A stretch of 64,000 nucleotides of DNA from Octopus vulgaris (GCA_951406725.2 OX597823.1:59644001-59708000), one strand, 5' to 3'. Shown: positions 13,623 through 28,172, counted from the stretch's first letter. The notes: generated by a model from the sequence alone, not told the origin. Translations and numbers: made by a program.

Positions 13623-14744
13623 ATAGGAAGAGGAAAGATCCAAGGAAGGGAAGACAGAGGAAAAAAATCGCCAACGGTACACATGTGGTCACATTATATA
13701 TATATATAAACATATATGTATGCATGCACACACATACATATATATCATTGTTTACTTCAGTCTGTCTTTCCATGCTAGCATGGGTTGCACAAAGGTTTAT
13801 TTGAGGCAAGGTCTCAACAATTGTTCTTTTCCTGAAAGAACGATTAAAAAGAAAAGTAAGAAAAACACTAGATAAAAATAGCTTTCATGAGATAATGCAC
13901 ACACACGCACATGCACACTCACTCACACACACATACACACACGTATGTTTGTTATCTCTTAAAATTTAGTTTAACCATTTATTTTTTTTTTAGCAGTTGT
14001 TCTTTTGGGAACTATACTTGCCCATTCCAGTTACTGGCCTTGTGCCTAGTCAAAACTAATCAGCAATTTTTTTGGCTTGAAACCTCATAATTAGACCTAG
14101 TAGATATTAATTGATAACACTGTATTTTATCAATTTTAAATGACTCTGAATAGTTTCATAGAAATAATAATATTCTGCTAATATCCCAGTTCCTATCTCA
14201 CAGAAAATATTTGAGATATTCATCAACGTAGAATTAACATTTATCCTGCTAACCCCTTATCTGATAAACATCAAGACTTCTAAAGATTTTCTTTAATTTT
14301 CTTGATTAAGCCATCAACAATTCTTAGTACTTTGACATTTACATAAGTAGAATTTATAATTATTTTTAAATTTATGGAAATATTTATTGAATTAAACAGT
14401 TTTGTATTTCAGACTAATATTTTCTTCTGATTTCCATTAAAATTTTATTATTTACTTTCTTCTTAGTTTCTTTGTAATGAAGTGTAGCGAGTTATTGTAA
14501 ATTCTGGACTAAAGAATCTTGTTCAGGCTGTTTGTATTCTCAGCTCAAATCAGGCTGATGTTAATTTTCTGAATCACCTTCTTTGTTTTAATGAGTCAAG
14601 TTCCTGCTACATCACATATTTAATATTTACAGTCAGGTAAGTTGGTGTTAACATATATAATGCATGGAGTCAAAAAAACTTACAAGAAATAATTATAGTG
14701 TGGACAGATATGTTTCAGTGTTATTATCAACTTATCAGTCATAA

Positions 14745-14900
14745 GTGTAAGTGTATGGTAAGAAGAAGTTTGTTTGAGAACCACATGGTTCCAGGTTCTG
14801 TCCCACTGCATGAGACCTTGAACAAGTGTCTTCTACTATAGCTTCAGGCTGACCAAATTCTTGTGAGGGAATTTGATAGAAACTAAAAGAAGCCCATTGT
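14745..14900 (+). mobile_element. SINE family A, 5' part
   Basis: Match to family A head. Confidence 0.75.
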
Positions 14901-14950
14901 ATATCTGTATGTATGTGTATATATGTGTGTGTGTGTGTGTGTGTGTATGT

Positions 14951-15259
14951 GGAGGCACAAAGGCCCAGTGGTTAGGGCAGCGAACTCGTGGTTGTCGGAT
15001 CGTGGTTTCGATTCCCAGACCAGGCGTTGTGTCTGTTTATTGAGTGAAAACACCTAAAGCTCCACGAGGCAATGGCAGGGAGTGGTGGCGATCCCTGCTG
15101 TACTTTTTCGCCACAACTTTCTCTCACTCTTTCTTCTGTTGGCCTGCTTGCTTAGCCAGCAGGGTGGCATCATTTGAAGGCTAAAACAATGTGAAGTGCA
15201 TTGTGACCAGCGATGTGTAGCAACATCTGATAGCCTGGTCAGTCACAGTGATCACAGTG

Positions 15260-15260
<1 letters not shown>
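14951..15260 (+). mobile_element. SINE family C (tail variant 2)
   Basis: Homologous to the reverse complement of 52702-53009. Confidence 0.85.
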
Positions 15261-15338
<78 letters not shown>

Positions 15339-15914
15339 AGGTGGGTAGGTGTGGTAATTATGTGGATAAATAAATTAGATACATCATATATATTAAATAT
15401 ATTAGATTGGGATATATTTAACATACTTGATATATTAGATATATTTGCTGTATCTAATTTGTTTATCTGCATAATTGCCTCTATGCCTGCTCAACTTGAT
15501 CCCTCTTTTAGCCTTTCTTTACCTTGTGGAAATGATCCCTGGTAAAAATATCAGTGTCTAAGTTTGAATCTTTTGAACACTGCTAAGTGTCTTCTGTACT
15601 AAGAATCTCTGGATCTCATCTGTGAACAACACACACATACACACGTGTGCATGCGCACATGCATGTGTGTGTGTGTGTGTAAAAGAATATTTAATGCAGG
15701 GAGCATTAAAATATCAACTAGTAAAACTTTGAAGAGTTACGAGAAAAGTCCTATTAGTCAATGATTGTTGTGACTATATCAGCAAGTATGGGAAATAACT
15801 CCAGATATTTTCAGTCTTATAATGAACTCACCAGTAACACACAGATTTTTACTGTACTTTCACTAATAACATTAAGTTACAAAATTGATTTCCATCAATT
15901 TGAGATGGAGTCTT

Positions 15915-16298
15915 TTTTTTCTTTTATTTGTTTCAGTCATTTGACTGCGACCATGCTGGAGCACCACCTTTAGTCAAGCAAACCGACCCCAGGATTTATT
16001 CTTTGTAAGCCTAGTACTTATTCTCTCAGTATTTCATGCCGAACCACTAAGTAATGGGAGCATAAATACACCAGCATCGGTTGTCAAGCGATGTTGGGAG
16101 GACAAACACAGAAACACAAACATATACATACTCATATCTATATATCGATGGGCTTCTTTCAATTTCCATCTGCCAAATCCACTCACAAGGCTTTGGTCAG
16201 CCTGAGGCTGTAGTAGAAGACACTTGCTCAAGGTGCCATGCAGTGGGACTGAACCCGGAACCATGTGGTTGGTAAGCAAGCTACTTACCACACAGCCA
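15915..16298 (-). mobile_element. SINE family A
   Basis: Reverse complement of family A. Confidence 0.88.
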
Positions 16299-17689
16299 AT
16301 GCTGTGTCAGGAATTTTTATTTAAAACATTACAATTTCAAATTATAGATTTCTACTTCTTGACGATAGTTTTTGAAATTCCCTTTTTTTTAAAAAGTAGA
16401 TGTTTCTCCCCTGTTCTAGAATTTAATGTATCAGCTGCATACAAAAGAGAGTGACTTATACATAACACCTTCGCCACTGTCTATCTAGATGACAATGCAT
16501 TTCACTCCTGCTTAACAGTCAATTTGTGTCAGGATAGGAATCTTCCCATGCTGTAAAAATGACACATAAATATCCTAATTCCTTGAAGTCACTTGAATGA
16601 TGGAAATGCAAAATTAAATATCTTGACCAGAAACACATAAAACATTTACAGCAGGTCACATGACCCAGGAAACCAAATTGCCCAAGCCAACTTCATTCCG
16701 CTTATGCTCACACGTCTCAGAGTCTCCACTAGCATCTTATGTACACACCTGAAAATATCTTGTTGTAACCTATTTTACAATCTACTTATTTGTCCAACTC
16801 TGGTTTGCCTTATTCTGGAACTCCTTTTCATTTGGTTATTCTTTATCAAGAGTCTAATAGTTCAGATATTTGCATATAAATTTGCATAAACTATGTTATC
16901 TATTGTTCTTTACTTTCGCTTTCCATGTTTAAGAGAACATAAAAAGAAAAGGACTTCAAGAATAATCCCTCCACTACAGATCGAATAAAGCCTGCACCAA
17001 GTCAATGAGCTCATTTGACAACCATTATACAAGGACATCACCCCAAACAGAACACCAATGCATCATAGGGTTAGTTCTATACATACCAATACCGCTCAGT
17101 TTCAGCTGAATGGACTTAAGTAATGTGATATTAAGTGCTTTTCTCAAGGACACAGCTCTTCATAATGCCCAGGAATCAAACTCACAAATTAACCATTGTG
17201 AGAGCTCAAAACCACTACCACCAGGACACAATATCACACAGATTAAGTGGTAAAATAAAATAATTTTGCTAACCAAGTGTCAAACATACATGATTTTCAA
17301 AAATTACGATGCACATCACCATTAGAGTATTCTATGATGCACAGATTTCTTGAAAACATTTAAGAGCCACTATGATGAGTTTAAAATTCCATCATAATAT
17401 TGCAGAAATGAGTTTAGAAATGGAAGCATATTGAATTACGTGCTTTCTTGAAAATATTTCACACAATCTTTCTCCAATAGATTAACCAATTCAGAATACT
17501 TCATTAAATTCCTTAGTATTAAATTTTTCCACTACTACGGAACAATTCAATTGCCTTAAAGTCCATCTGCTCCAGAAATCCATATTTCTTTTTTTGCTTA
17601 AATATTTTTTCTCTCTGTCTTTAAAATTTTATGAACACGCTGGAGTGTATTGATTGTGAAGGGACACTTTGATTAAAGAGAGAGAAAGA

Positions 17690-17707
17690 GAGACAGACAG
17701 AGTGAGT

Positions 17708-17743
<36 letters not shown>

Positions 17744-18373
17744 GAGAAACAGACAGATAGACAGATAGAGACAGAGAAACAAGAGACAAAAGCAAAAAAG
17801 AAAAGACAGCAGAAGTTTTGAGTTTAATAGTCTCATGCTTTAAAAAAAACAGAATGACTTTTTTTCTAATAACCTGACACAGAAACACTATGTACACATA
17901 TACATTCATATATACATATGTACATATATGTGTGTGAGTGTGTGGGTATATACATATATATACACATATATTTGCATACTCACACATATACATACATACA
18001 TACATAAATGTATATATATATATATATATATATGCAATTTATATTTGCATATATATATATGCAGAAATATACACATATATATATATGCAATTTATATTTG
18101 CATATATATATATGCAGAAATATACACACACACATATATATATGCATTTATATGTACCTATATAACCATTAGAACATGCAGACTTTTACATTGCTACTTA
18201 TTCATACTATCAGATGCATGCAAGCATGCAAAAAACAAACAAAACTTCATCCTTATAATATAGAATTTCAAATTATATATAAGTATAAGCATTCTCTTTA
18301 TACATACACATATACATATACAAATATATGCATACTTAAGTATACATGTATAAATATATATATGCATGTGCAT

Positions 18374-18418
<45 letters not shown>

Positions 18419-18434
18419 TATATATATATGTATG

Positions 18435-18484
<50 letters not shown>

Positions 18485-19527
18485 TGTTTGTATGTATGTA
18501 TGTATGTATGTATGTATTATGCATATATATGTGCATTTATGCTGAAGCATACACAGAACAAATAAACAACTTTGTAAATTTTCTATATTCATGCATACAG
18601 AGTTGTATTAATAGCTGTCCAAGTTCTTTATTACAATGCTGAAGGTTCTGTCAACTGGAGTAGAAAATGGAAAAAGAATATTCTAGATTGTATATGAAAT
18701 CCATTGCTCATATATAATCTTCTTTTCGAAACAAATATATAAAAAAAAATAATTTAAAAAAAAGCTAGAAAGAAAGAAAAATTTACAGAACATTGCTGGT
18801 CCATTCTTTCCTTCTTTCTTCTTTTTTTTTATAGATATTTCTGTTCTTTGCAACAAAATGGCTTATTGGTTCATTCAAATACCCAAGTTTCTTCCCTAAT
18901 TTTCATTCTCTACATCTTTGTCACTATCTATATGTATTTATATATACATGCATACATACATATATGTACATACATATATATATATATATATATACGTATA
19001 CATACATACATATATGTACATATATATATATATTTATACTCACACACACTCACACATATCTATACACTCTCACACACAAACACACATACACACATTCACA
19101 CACATAAATATACATATTTTTTTCTGATGCTCTCTATTTCTCAGGTTTTCTATGCTTGTTATTTTCTTTTTTAACATACCTTCTCTTTTATATTCTACTT
19201 CCCTCTTTGGTTCTCTCTCTCATTTTTTTTTTTTTTTTTTTTTTTGTTGCTTTTCACTGTTTGAATAAATTGGTGATATTCCTTTTACATGAATACACAT
19301 CAAGTTTTTCTTTCCCCTCAATTTTCCATATAAGTTTTATTCTATTTCTAAACTGCTTATATGGAGTATATCTTACTCCTCACCAACCATATACAATAGT
19401 GTATATATATATATATATGTGCTTATATATATGGATATATGTATATATGTGCATGTCTGTATGCATGTATATCTATATACATATTCATATGCATATGCAT
19501 ATGTATATAAACGTATGTATATTATGC

Positions 19528-19565
<38 letters not shown>

Positions 19566-19814
19566 CATATATATAAATAAATGTATGTATGTATATATCA
19601 TGCATACGTACATATACAAACTTTATATAAACCCATAAACCTAATTACCTTCTTGACAAGGATGTAAACAAAGTGGAAATGAATAACATAGAAAGTTTAT
19701 CTAATAACCGAAGCTGTAAGACCAGCTAACTTGCAGCATGTTATTGCTTGAATGCAGTTGAGATGACATTTTTCTTCAGCTCAGTAAACAGAAAGATAGA
19801 TAGATAGAAAGATT

Positions 19815-19866
<52 letters not shown>

Positions 19867-19964
19867 TATATATATATATGTATATATGTATGCATATGAA
19901 GGTAGATAAATAGATAGACAGATAGGTAGATAAAGATATAAATATATATGTTTATGGAGAGGTA

Positions 19965-20010
<46 letters not shown>

Positions 20011-20401
20011 TGAACACATGCTTGTATGCATATGTGTGTGTGTATGTAGGTATACAGTCGTATGTAGTGGCCTAAGTATACATAGGAGTGTTATGAGGGA
20101 ATAACAAAGAACAGTTTGAGTGGAAAAAAAGCAGAAAGTGTTTCAGATTGTAAAATGAAGGAGAAATAAGTAATTGGAGAAAGAACGTGACTAGGAAATA
20201 AAGAGGAAAGGATAATGATGATGATGATGATGAGGATGGTGGTGGTAATGAATGAAGCAAAAGGAACAAACGGACAAAACAAACAGACAGACTGAAAGAT
20301 ATGTGCTTAGTTTCATAAATAAATAGCTTGATATATAGGAAGATAGATAGATCAATAAATATATAGCTCAGTAAACAGAAAGATAGATAGATAGAAAGAT
20401 T

Positions 20402-20480
<79 letters not shown>

Positions 20481-20880
20481 TAGTAGATTAGAATGTAGGT
20501 AAATAGGTTGAAACGTACAGAGTTTGCAAGCTCATTAACAAGGTATATCACCTAGCTATATATATGTGAGCCAAATACAGAGAGAGAGAGAGAAAGAAAG
20601 AGAGAGAGAACGTGCTAAATGGTCAATTGACTCTGTTAGACATGGCAGTCAAATCTCCTCCAAACTGCATCCCACCATTATAAAAATTTGATATAGAAGG
20701 AAGGACTCAGTAGGCAGTCTGATTCTGAATATCAAAATAAGGAAAAAAATGTCTGGAGAGTCATGGCTGAAATTCCATTTTTCAACAACCTGATAATATT
20801 ACTACTTAACTACTACTTACCTAATGGATAGTATATTGATGGGTTTTTAGATAGTCAGGTAAACAAGATATATGTGTGCG

Positions 20881-20937
<57 letters not shown>

Positions 20938-21847
20938 ACACATATATGTTTCTATGTTTCTATCTATCTCTCTATACATACATATATATATATATATATG
21001 GAACTGAAACATGTTATAATGTATATATAAAAATTTAAAATTGTATAATATAGCAGCATTTTCGAACTTCATTTTTTACAAATATATATATATATATATA
21101 CAAATAAGCACACACCCATGTATATATATATATACATATAAATATATAGATAGATACATACATATATATATATATATGTATGTATAGAGAGATAGATAGA
21201 AACATAGAAACATATATGTGAGCGCATATGTATACACCTATACACATGTGTGTGTATGTGAATGTGTGTGTTTGTGTTTGCACTGTGTTCATCCCCCACT
21301 GCCACTCTCTTTTAAACCTGGGTTTGTTTGTTTACATCCCCATAATTTAGCAGTTCAGCATATGAGACCAATACAATAAGAATCAGACTTTTAAAAATTG
21401 TAAATACTGGGGGTCAGTCTGTTCAGTTAAACTCTTCAAGGCAGTGCTCCAGCATGGCTGCAGTCCAATGACTAAAACAAGTACTGCAAAACAAGAAAAA
21501 GTATAAACGACATACATATGTAGATAGACAGCTCTGCAGCTAGAAAATTGGTTGGAATATGTAGATAGATTGAAGTAACAAGAGGAAGAATTTGTAACGG
21601 CTGGCATTTATTTATCAGCTATATGTGTGTGCATGTGTGTGTCCATGCGTGTGTGTGTCCATGTGTGTGTCCGTGTGTGTGTGTGTGTGTCTGTGTGTGT
21701 ACATGTGGGTATATGTATATATGTGTGTATGTGTGTGAATCTAGTTTGGAATATTGCCATGACTGTATAGACATGAAAATTGAACATTTTACTTCAGTAA
21801 TTGAAGCACCATTTGTGTGTGTGTGTGCATGTACATGTGTGTGTGTA

Positions 21848-21892
<45 letters not shown>

Positions 21893-21905
21893 ATGTGTGT
21901 GTGTA

Positions 21906-21960
<55 letters not shown>
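17690..21960. repeat. Dense microsatellite region: (GA)n, (TA)n, (TATG)n, (GATA)n, (TG)n
   Basis: Direct inspection; (GATA)n at ~19796-19865 and ~20381-20480. Confidence 0.85.
21260..21490 (+). mobile_element. SINE family A, degenerate 3' half
   Basis: GCAGTGCTCCAGCATGGCTGCAGTC...AAACAAGTA tail. Confidence 0.7.
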
Positions 21961-21963
<3 letters not shown>

Positions 21964-22669
21964 AGCATATATATATGAATGTATTTTCACACATATGTCC
22001 AACTGGCTGAAACATTGAATGAGCATCCATTAAATTAGAAGAGCCGAAAGAATTGTTTTAGGCTAAAGGTCATGGAGGCACAATAAAACTTTTCTCCAGG
22101 CACTCTGTTGTGACCACAAGGGTTCCAGTTGTACTGATCGGTGCAGGCGGCTGAGTATTCCTTGGACATGCATACCCTTAACATAGTTCTCAGGGGCACT
22201 CGGCATGATACAGAATATAGCAAGGCTGGCTCTTTGAACTACAGGTACAATGCAGTTCTAAAACATCAAATCTGAAGAGCTGATGAAGGCTTTTAAGAGA
22301 AGAAATAGTTTTTTGAATGAAATACCTTATCATCATCATCATCGAAGTCAGTAGCCTAAGGTAGTCACAAACCATATGTGCACACAGCAAGAATCACAAC
22401 ACACCTCTGCGTCATTTTTTTCTGATCATCAAGCAACTTAAAGTTGCTTTCATCAACTAGCTTCAAAGAGCAGATGTGATCCACTGCAGTCTGCATTAAC
22501 TATTGCCGACTGTCCAAAAATTTCAAACAACCGATCTTATTTGAATTAACTTCCTTCCCTATTTTTTCTTCTTTTAGATTTTAAACACTTCTAAGGGGAA
22601 TAGAGGGAGCTTTTGTCTCCTAATTTCATGGGTAGTCTCAAATGATCTTTTTCCACTTCCTTTACCACA

Positions 22670-22900
22670 TATGTGTGACCTCATCATGTCAACTAATCAA
22701 ATGTTCACCATTTTGTCTGCGAACACTATGATGTTATTCAGTCAAGCCTTTTGTGATCTTCAATAACATCTTATACTCTGGATTTTTCCATACATGATCC
22801 TATTTGCTAAAGGTTTAGTATCATGTTACATGGCTAAAGCACTTGATTTTTCCATCTTGTAACATGTTAATTGCCACGGCCTCTTACTGGAACTTACCAC
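22670..22900 (-). mobile_element. Decayed RTE-like LINE 3' ORF end
   Basis: Frames give VTRWKIKCFSHVT and LANRIMYGKIQ..., like the RTE C-terminal RRKLxWFGHVxR..TIxxGxxxG..W.DNI. Confidence 0.45.
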
Positions 22901-23576
22901 ATATTTCCAATCACATTGTACAGTTTAATTACAAGGAAATGTAATTTTGTTTGCGTTTTTACAATATTTCATAATTAAATTTTAATATTTAGCACATATG
23001 TTATTTAGATATCCTCGAAACCATGTCAAAGATACAGAATAAAATATTTTCTGAAATTATGAAAATGTACCACTAGTGGTGCATATGACAGTTATGTGTA
23101 GTTTGCAGTGAACCATCGGTTGTGTATGTGGTGGTTAATATGTTAATAGATGACAGGAAAGTTTCATCCACTACACGATCCAGATCTTATTGCAGTGCCT
23201 GGCTTGTGCGGGGCAATCACCCTGAGAGCTACACTGGCAGAGCACAAGCTCCTGGTAGGATCTCTCACGTGGATATGTGAAAGAAAAAAGGCCAGACTAA
23301 AATGAATCACCTTTTCCCAAAGGTAAAAATAAGTTCGTTTAGAGTCAACATCTCTACATAGAAAAAAATGCACAATTACAAAGTATTTATGACAATTCAA
23401 AACAAATAAGACCTGGGAGAAGAAGGCTTTCCCTAAAGGAAACACAAGCAGGTTTCTGAAGCAAACCTGAAGAAAGCAGGGAGGATCCAACTAAAGAGAA
23501 GCAGAAAAGATAGCATTGAGTTGAGAACAGTGAAGAAAAGTCATGATGGTCTATGCTCTGTTGGGAGCAAAGTGCT

Positions 23577-23802
23577 TTGCCCTCTAGCATTTAAACCAGT
23601 CATATCCAGCATGGAATGTTTAACCTATTATACATTCATACAGACCAGATCCAGCTTCTCACACCTAGCCTACAATGTCATTCTAAAAATAAGCAATAAC
23701 CTCAAAGGGATCTTGAAGTTACAAGATAATGCATGATTAATTCAAAATTATGTAAATAAAAAGAATTACATTTGACAAATAAATCTGAATGCTAAAGGGT
23801 TA
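23577..23802 (-). mobile_element. TTAA-type MITE
   Basis: Terminal inverted CCCT(C/T)TAGCAT/ATGCTAAAGGG followed by TTAA; homologous to 3215-3666. Confidence 0.65.
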
Positions 23803-24229
23803 AGTAAAGAAGCAGAGTTTTATGGTTTGCCCTGTTCTTAATAATTTCTTGAACATTATAGAGAAATATCTACATTAAAAAAAAATTTTTTTCATGTAAT
23901 TCTATCTCTCCTAAAAGACATTTTATCCTTACTTCTTATTTTTACTTACTGTAAAAGAGATTCTGGAAACAAAAATCCAAGTTCATTTGTTCAGCTGTAT
24001 TTTTTCTTTTCTTGTTGTGCTTCTTTTTGTTTAGTTTGTTTTAGATGTCAAGTTTAAGGCTGTACTTAAGAAATGCTTTTTGAGTTTTCTCTTTAGAGAA
24101 TGCAAACAGAAATCATGTAATAATAATATAATAGCTATTTTTGAATTTTCAAAATAAAATAAAATTTATCAAATATGGAGAAACCATACAGTTTGAGCTG
24201 GCACTTTCAAATCATACAAATAAGAGGAC

Positions 24230-24680
24230 ACATCCCAGTTTCTGGGTAGACTCTTTGGTTGGATTTTATATCCAACCAAAGATATGATAATCCATAATCC
24301 TGTGAAGTGTCCGAGTACCAAAGGAGTCTAGCATCTTCTAAGGGCCCTGGACAGTGTTCAAGTCTCACAATTACAGAGAAAAGAAAGCCGGAGACCTACA
24401 GACGCAAGCCTTTTTCCTCCTGCAGCACTATACACCCATGTCCAGTGAGTCCACAACTGCACCAGTTCATCCAAGTCTCCTTAGAACTTCAGACTTGTAG
24501 CTAATGCCTCTATGAATCTCACTGCCAAGATAAGTGAAGCATTCACCAATTTTCCCCTGCAACAGAAACAGACAAAATGGAGTCCTCCAAGAAACCAATG
24601 AAAGACCTGGATATTTGTCTTGAACCCAAGATCCTGTAGGATTGATGGCTCGTGTTGGTTGACCACATGCTTGAAGATCA
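24230..24680 (-). mobile_element. Decayed RTE-like LINE ORF fragment (post-RT region)
   Basis: ECFTYLGSEIH..SEVLRRLG in the ORF track; downstream remnants of CETWTL..LDSFGT. Confidence 0.7.
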
Positions 24681-24780
24681 TGGCAAATGACCCTGTGGCA
24701 TGCAGAGTTGGGTACTGACAGGTCATCTGGAAGGAACTGTGAATATACCAACAAATAGTCAATGCAGAAATGCACTGCAA

Positions 24781-26000
24781 GGGCACATGTCCTCACATTT
24801 GTCCTGACCCTAAATAAGGAGAGAATTAGTTGATTTCTGATATTTTAAGCATGTCTTTTCTGTGAAGAAATCTGATGTGAAATAGTACACTAGAAAATGT
24901 CAGCTCTCACCTCTTTTCACGAATCATGTGCATATTGTTATATCAAGTGTCTTTTGCTACCAAAAAACCATCGTTAGTTGCCTCATGTTCAGTTCTGTTT
25001 TTAACTGTTTTTGGAATACTGATTGGTTCCTATTAATACATGCCTGAAATTCTGTACAACCTCACCTTTATATGCCCACATATATAAAATGCATTTTTCT
25101 CCCAAAGACCATTGTTAGTTCCTTCAGATTCAATTCTTTTTTAGCAGTTTTTTGAATAATGATTAACTGGCATACTGATTACCACATTAGGTGAAATGCT
25201 TAGCGGTGTTCCATCCATTTTAACGTTCTGCAATGGTGCATGCCCTCACACTTGTCCTGACCCGAAATAAGGAGAGAGTTAATTGATTTCTGATACTTCA
25301 GGCAAGTCTTTTCTAAGAAATCAGATGTGTAACCTTTTATGGTTGATAAAATAAATACCAGTTGAATATTTGGGACAATGTACTCAACTATCCCCCCAAA
25401 AAATTTATTTCAGGCCTTGTGCTTATAATAGAAAGGAGTATATACCTGGAATTCTGTACAACCTCACCTTTATATACTCCCATATCAAGTGCAATTTGCT
25501 ACCAAAAACTATCATTAGTTCCCTCAGATTCATTTGTTTCTTAGCTATTTTTTGAATACTGGTTGGTTCCTAATTGTATGTACCTGAATTTCTGTACGTT
25601 CTCACCTTTATATATACACATATATCAAGTGCTCTTCACTACCAAAGACCATTATTAGTTACCTCACATTCAGTTCTTTCCTTAGCAGTTTTTTGAATAG
25701 TGATGGGTAGTCATCATCATCATCATCATCATCATTTAGCGTCCGCTTTCCATGCTAGCATGGGTTGGACGGTTCAACTGGGGTCTGTGAAGCTGGAAGG
25801 CTTCGTCAGGCCCAGTCAGATCTGGCAGTGTTTCTATGGCTGGATGCCCTTCCTAACGCCAACCACTCCGTGAGTGTAGTGGGTGCTTTTTATGTGCCAC
25901 CGGCACAGGTGCCAGACAGAGCTGATTAGTATATTCCTGAAATAGTGATTCCTGAAATTTTATACAATCTCACCTTTATATTCCAGCATATACCAAATGT
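24781..26000. repeat. Degenerate ~135-140 bp tandem array (about 5 units) with inserted SINE fragments
   Basis: AATTCTGTACAACCTCACCTTTATA...ATATCAAGTG...TTAGTT...GTTTTTTGAATA recurs near 24905, 25048, 25450, 25587 and 25957; 24781-24878 is duplicated at ~25240-25328. Confidence 0.75.
25712..25920 (-). mobile_element. RTE-related non-autonomous retroposon with (GAT)n tail
   Basis: Minus strand GTTAGGAAGGGCATCCAGCC...GCATGGAAAGCGGACGCTAAAT(GAT)n; related copies at 37548-37850 and 13290-13400. Confidence 0.7.
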
Positions 26001-26784
26001 GTGTGGTGACTGATAGATATTTCTGCCCAAGCTATGTTTTATTTAATTGACTTTCCATCAGAATATTTTGTATAGTGTTTGTTGATATAACGGCAACTTA
26101 GCATGAAATATAATAACCAGCTGTGCTATGTCTGATGACATTTTAACTACAGTAGAAAACAACATAAGCTATGGCTACTGAAATAACTTGTTTGTTGTAT
26201 GTTATTTAGCACCTAGTCAGCCTTGATCAAGCAAGCCCATAATCAAAAGCTTTCCATTTATGGCCATACAGCGTCATTTTTTTCCCGTTTTAAAGATATA
26301 TTTAGGACTATATTATTCAATGTGCCCTGCACTTCTTTAAGACAGCAGGGTGTAATGTGAGGGAGATTTAGCTGTTATTTCTTGAAAATTTATTTACCAC
26401 ATAGAGGTTTATTTATTCCCTTCCTTGCAAGTATATAAATCCTTCTTTATTTGGTTGTAACCAGGAAACTGGATCTATTATCCTTCTTATGCTATAACCT
26501 GGAAACAATCTCACAGTGATTAAAATATGTTCACATATTTTTACGTGTACCAGTTTAATGTATCACACACTAATACATATTTACACATACATACACATAC
26601 ATACACATGCATAAATGCAAGGAGATTTCTTTTCAAGGTATTAAAAGCTCTTCTTTGTTCTGTTTTAATGTATTTGAATTTTAATTTTTGCATAATCCTT
26701 TGGTTTTTATGTTTTATATTTTAAGCCAGTTAAGACAAGTGACACCTCTTTCTCTCCCACTCTCTAGCAATATTTTCATCTTCC

Positions 26785-27215
26785 TAATGTGGCGAGCTAG
26801 CAGAGACATTAGCACGCCGGGTGAAATACTTGGCAGTATTTCGTCTGCCGCCACGTTCTGAGTTCAAATTCCACCAAGGTCGACTTTGCCTTTCATCCTT
26901 TCGGGGTCGATAAATTAAGTACCAGTTACCCACTGGGGTAGCTGTAATCGACTTAATCCCTTTGTCTATCCTTGTTTGTCCCCTCTATGTTTAGCCCCTT
27001 GTGGGCAATAAAGAAATAAGAAACATTAGCATGCTGGATGAAATGCTTTGCAGTATTTCATCTGTCTTTATGTTCTGATTTCAAATTCCACCAAGGTCAA
27101 CTTTGCCTTTCATCCTTTCAGGGTTGATAAATTAAGTACCAGTTGCATACTGCGGTCGATCTATTGACCGGCCCCCTTCCCCAAAATTTCGAGCCTTGTG
27201 CCTAGAGTAGAAAAG
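26785..27215 (+). mobile_element. Tandem or nested SINE family B dimer with a 16-bp TSD
   Basis: TSD AATATTTTCATCTTCC at 26769-26784 and 27216-27231; two monomers with different tails. Confidence 0.88.
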
Positions 27216-27337
27216 AATATTTTCATCTTCCAGTAAGGACAATTGCTTTACATGAATATTTTTACCAGCAGTTAAAAAAACAAAAACAAAAAAAATATAG
27301 CAGACCAGAGGAAATTAATTTTTTTTTATTTTGTCAG

Positions 27338-27640
27338 AAATGGCTTAGTGGTTAAGGTACTGAGCTCGGGATTGTAAGGCCTCGAGTTTGATTCCTAGAG
27401 GTAAGTTGTGTCTTTGTTCAAGAAACTTTATTTCCTGTTGCTCCAGTCCATTCAGCTGGCAAAAATGAGTAGTACCTCTGTTTCAAACAGCCAGTCTTGT
27501 CACATTCTGTGTCGTGCCGAATCATCCTGAGAACTACATTACGGGTATGTGTATTTGTGGAGTGCTCAGCCACTTGCACATTAATTTCACAAGCAGGCTG
27601 TCCCATTGATCAGATCAGCTGAAACTGATGGAGTGCCAGT
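27338..27640 (+). mobile_element. SINE family D (tail variant 3)
   Basis: TGGCTTAGTGGTTAAGG head; tail homologous in inverted orientation to ~22110-22255. Confidence 0.7.
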
Positions 27641-27958
27641 CATAATACATCAATATTTGAAATCTTAGTGTTCAGCAACATAACTCTACTCATAATGACA
27701 CATGACCAGGAATTTATGGGGAAGTGACAGTCAGTGTAAAAAGATATGAGCAAGGAAATGATTACAGATGGCATTGAACTTGAGAAAAATATCTTGGAAT
27801 AATGGTTAGTGTCAGATTAAGGGATGGATGTTCCAAAAGCGGGAAGATAAGTAGGTTGGGTTGTCTGATTGGTGGAGGTAGGAGACAAACCAGTCAACTC
27901 TGAGGAACAGAGGCCATTTACACAGTCGTACCTGCATGTTATTATCATTGTTATATCT

Positions 27959-28172
27959 AAGGTGGTGAACTGGCAGAAACATTAGCACACCAGGCAAAAT
28001 GCTTAGTAATATTTCATCTGTCTGTATGTTCTGAGTTCAAATTCCGCTGAGGTCAACTTTGCCTTTCATCCTTTCAGGGTAGATAAATTAAGTACCAGTT
28101 ACGTACTGGGGCTGATCTAATCGACTGGCCCCCTCCCCTAAAATTTCAGGCCTTGTGCCTAGAGTACAAAAA
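27959..28172 (+). mobile_element. SINE family B with an 18-bp TSD
   Basis: TSD ATTATCATTGTTATATCT at 27941-27958 and 28173-28190. Confidence 0.92.

Noticed and set aside
16440-17010. Possible decayed L2/CR1-like RT
   Set aside because: Only faint motif resemblance (YLDD, IKYLD); too degraded to call by eye
24781-26000. CRISPR-like periodic repeats
   Set aside because: Units are homologous along their length with no unique spacers; eukaryotic context and no cas genes
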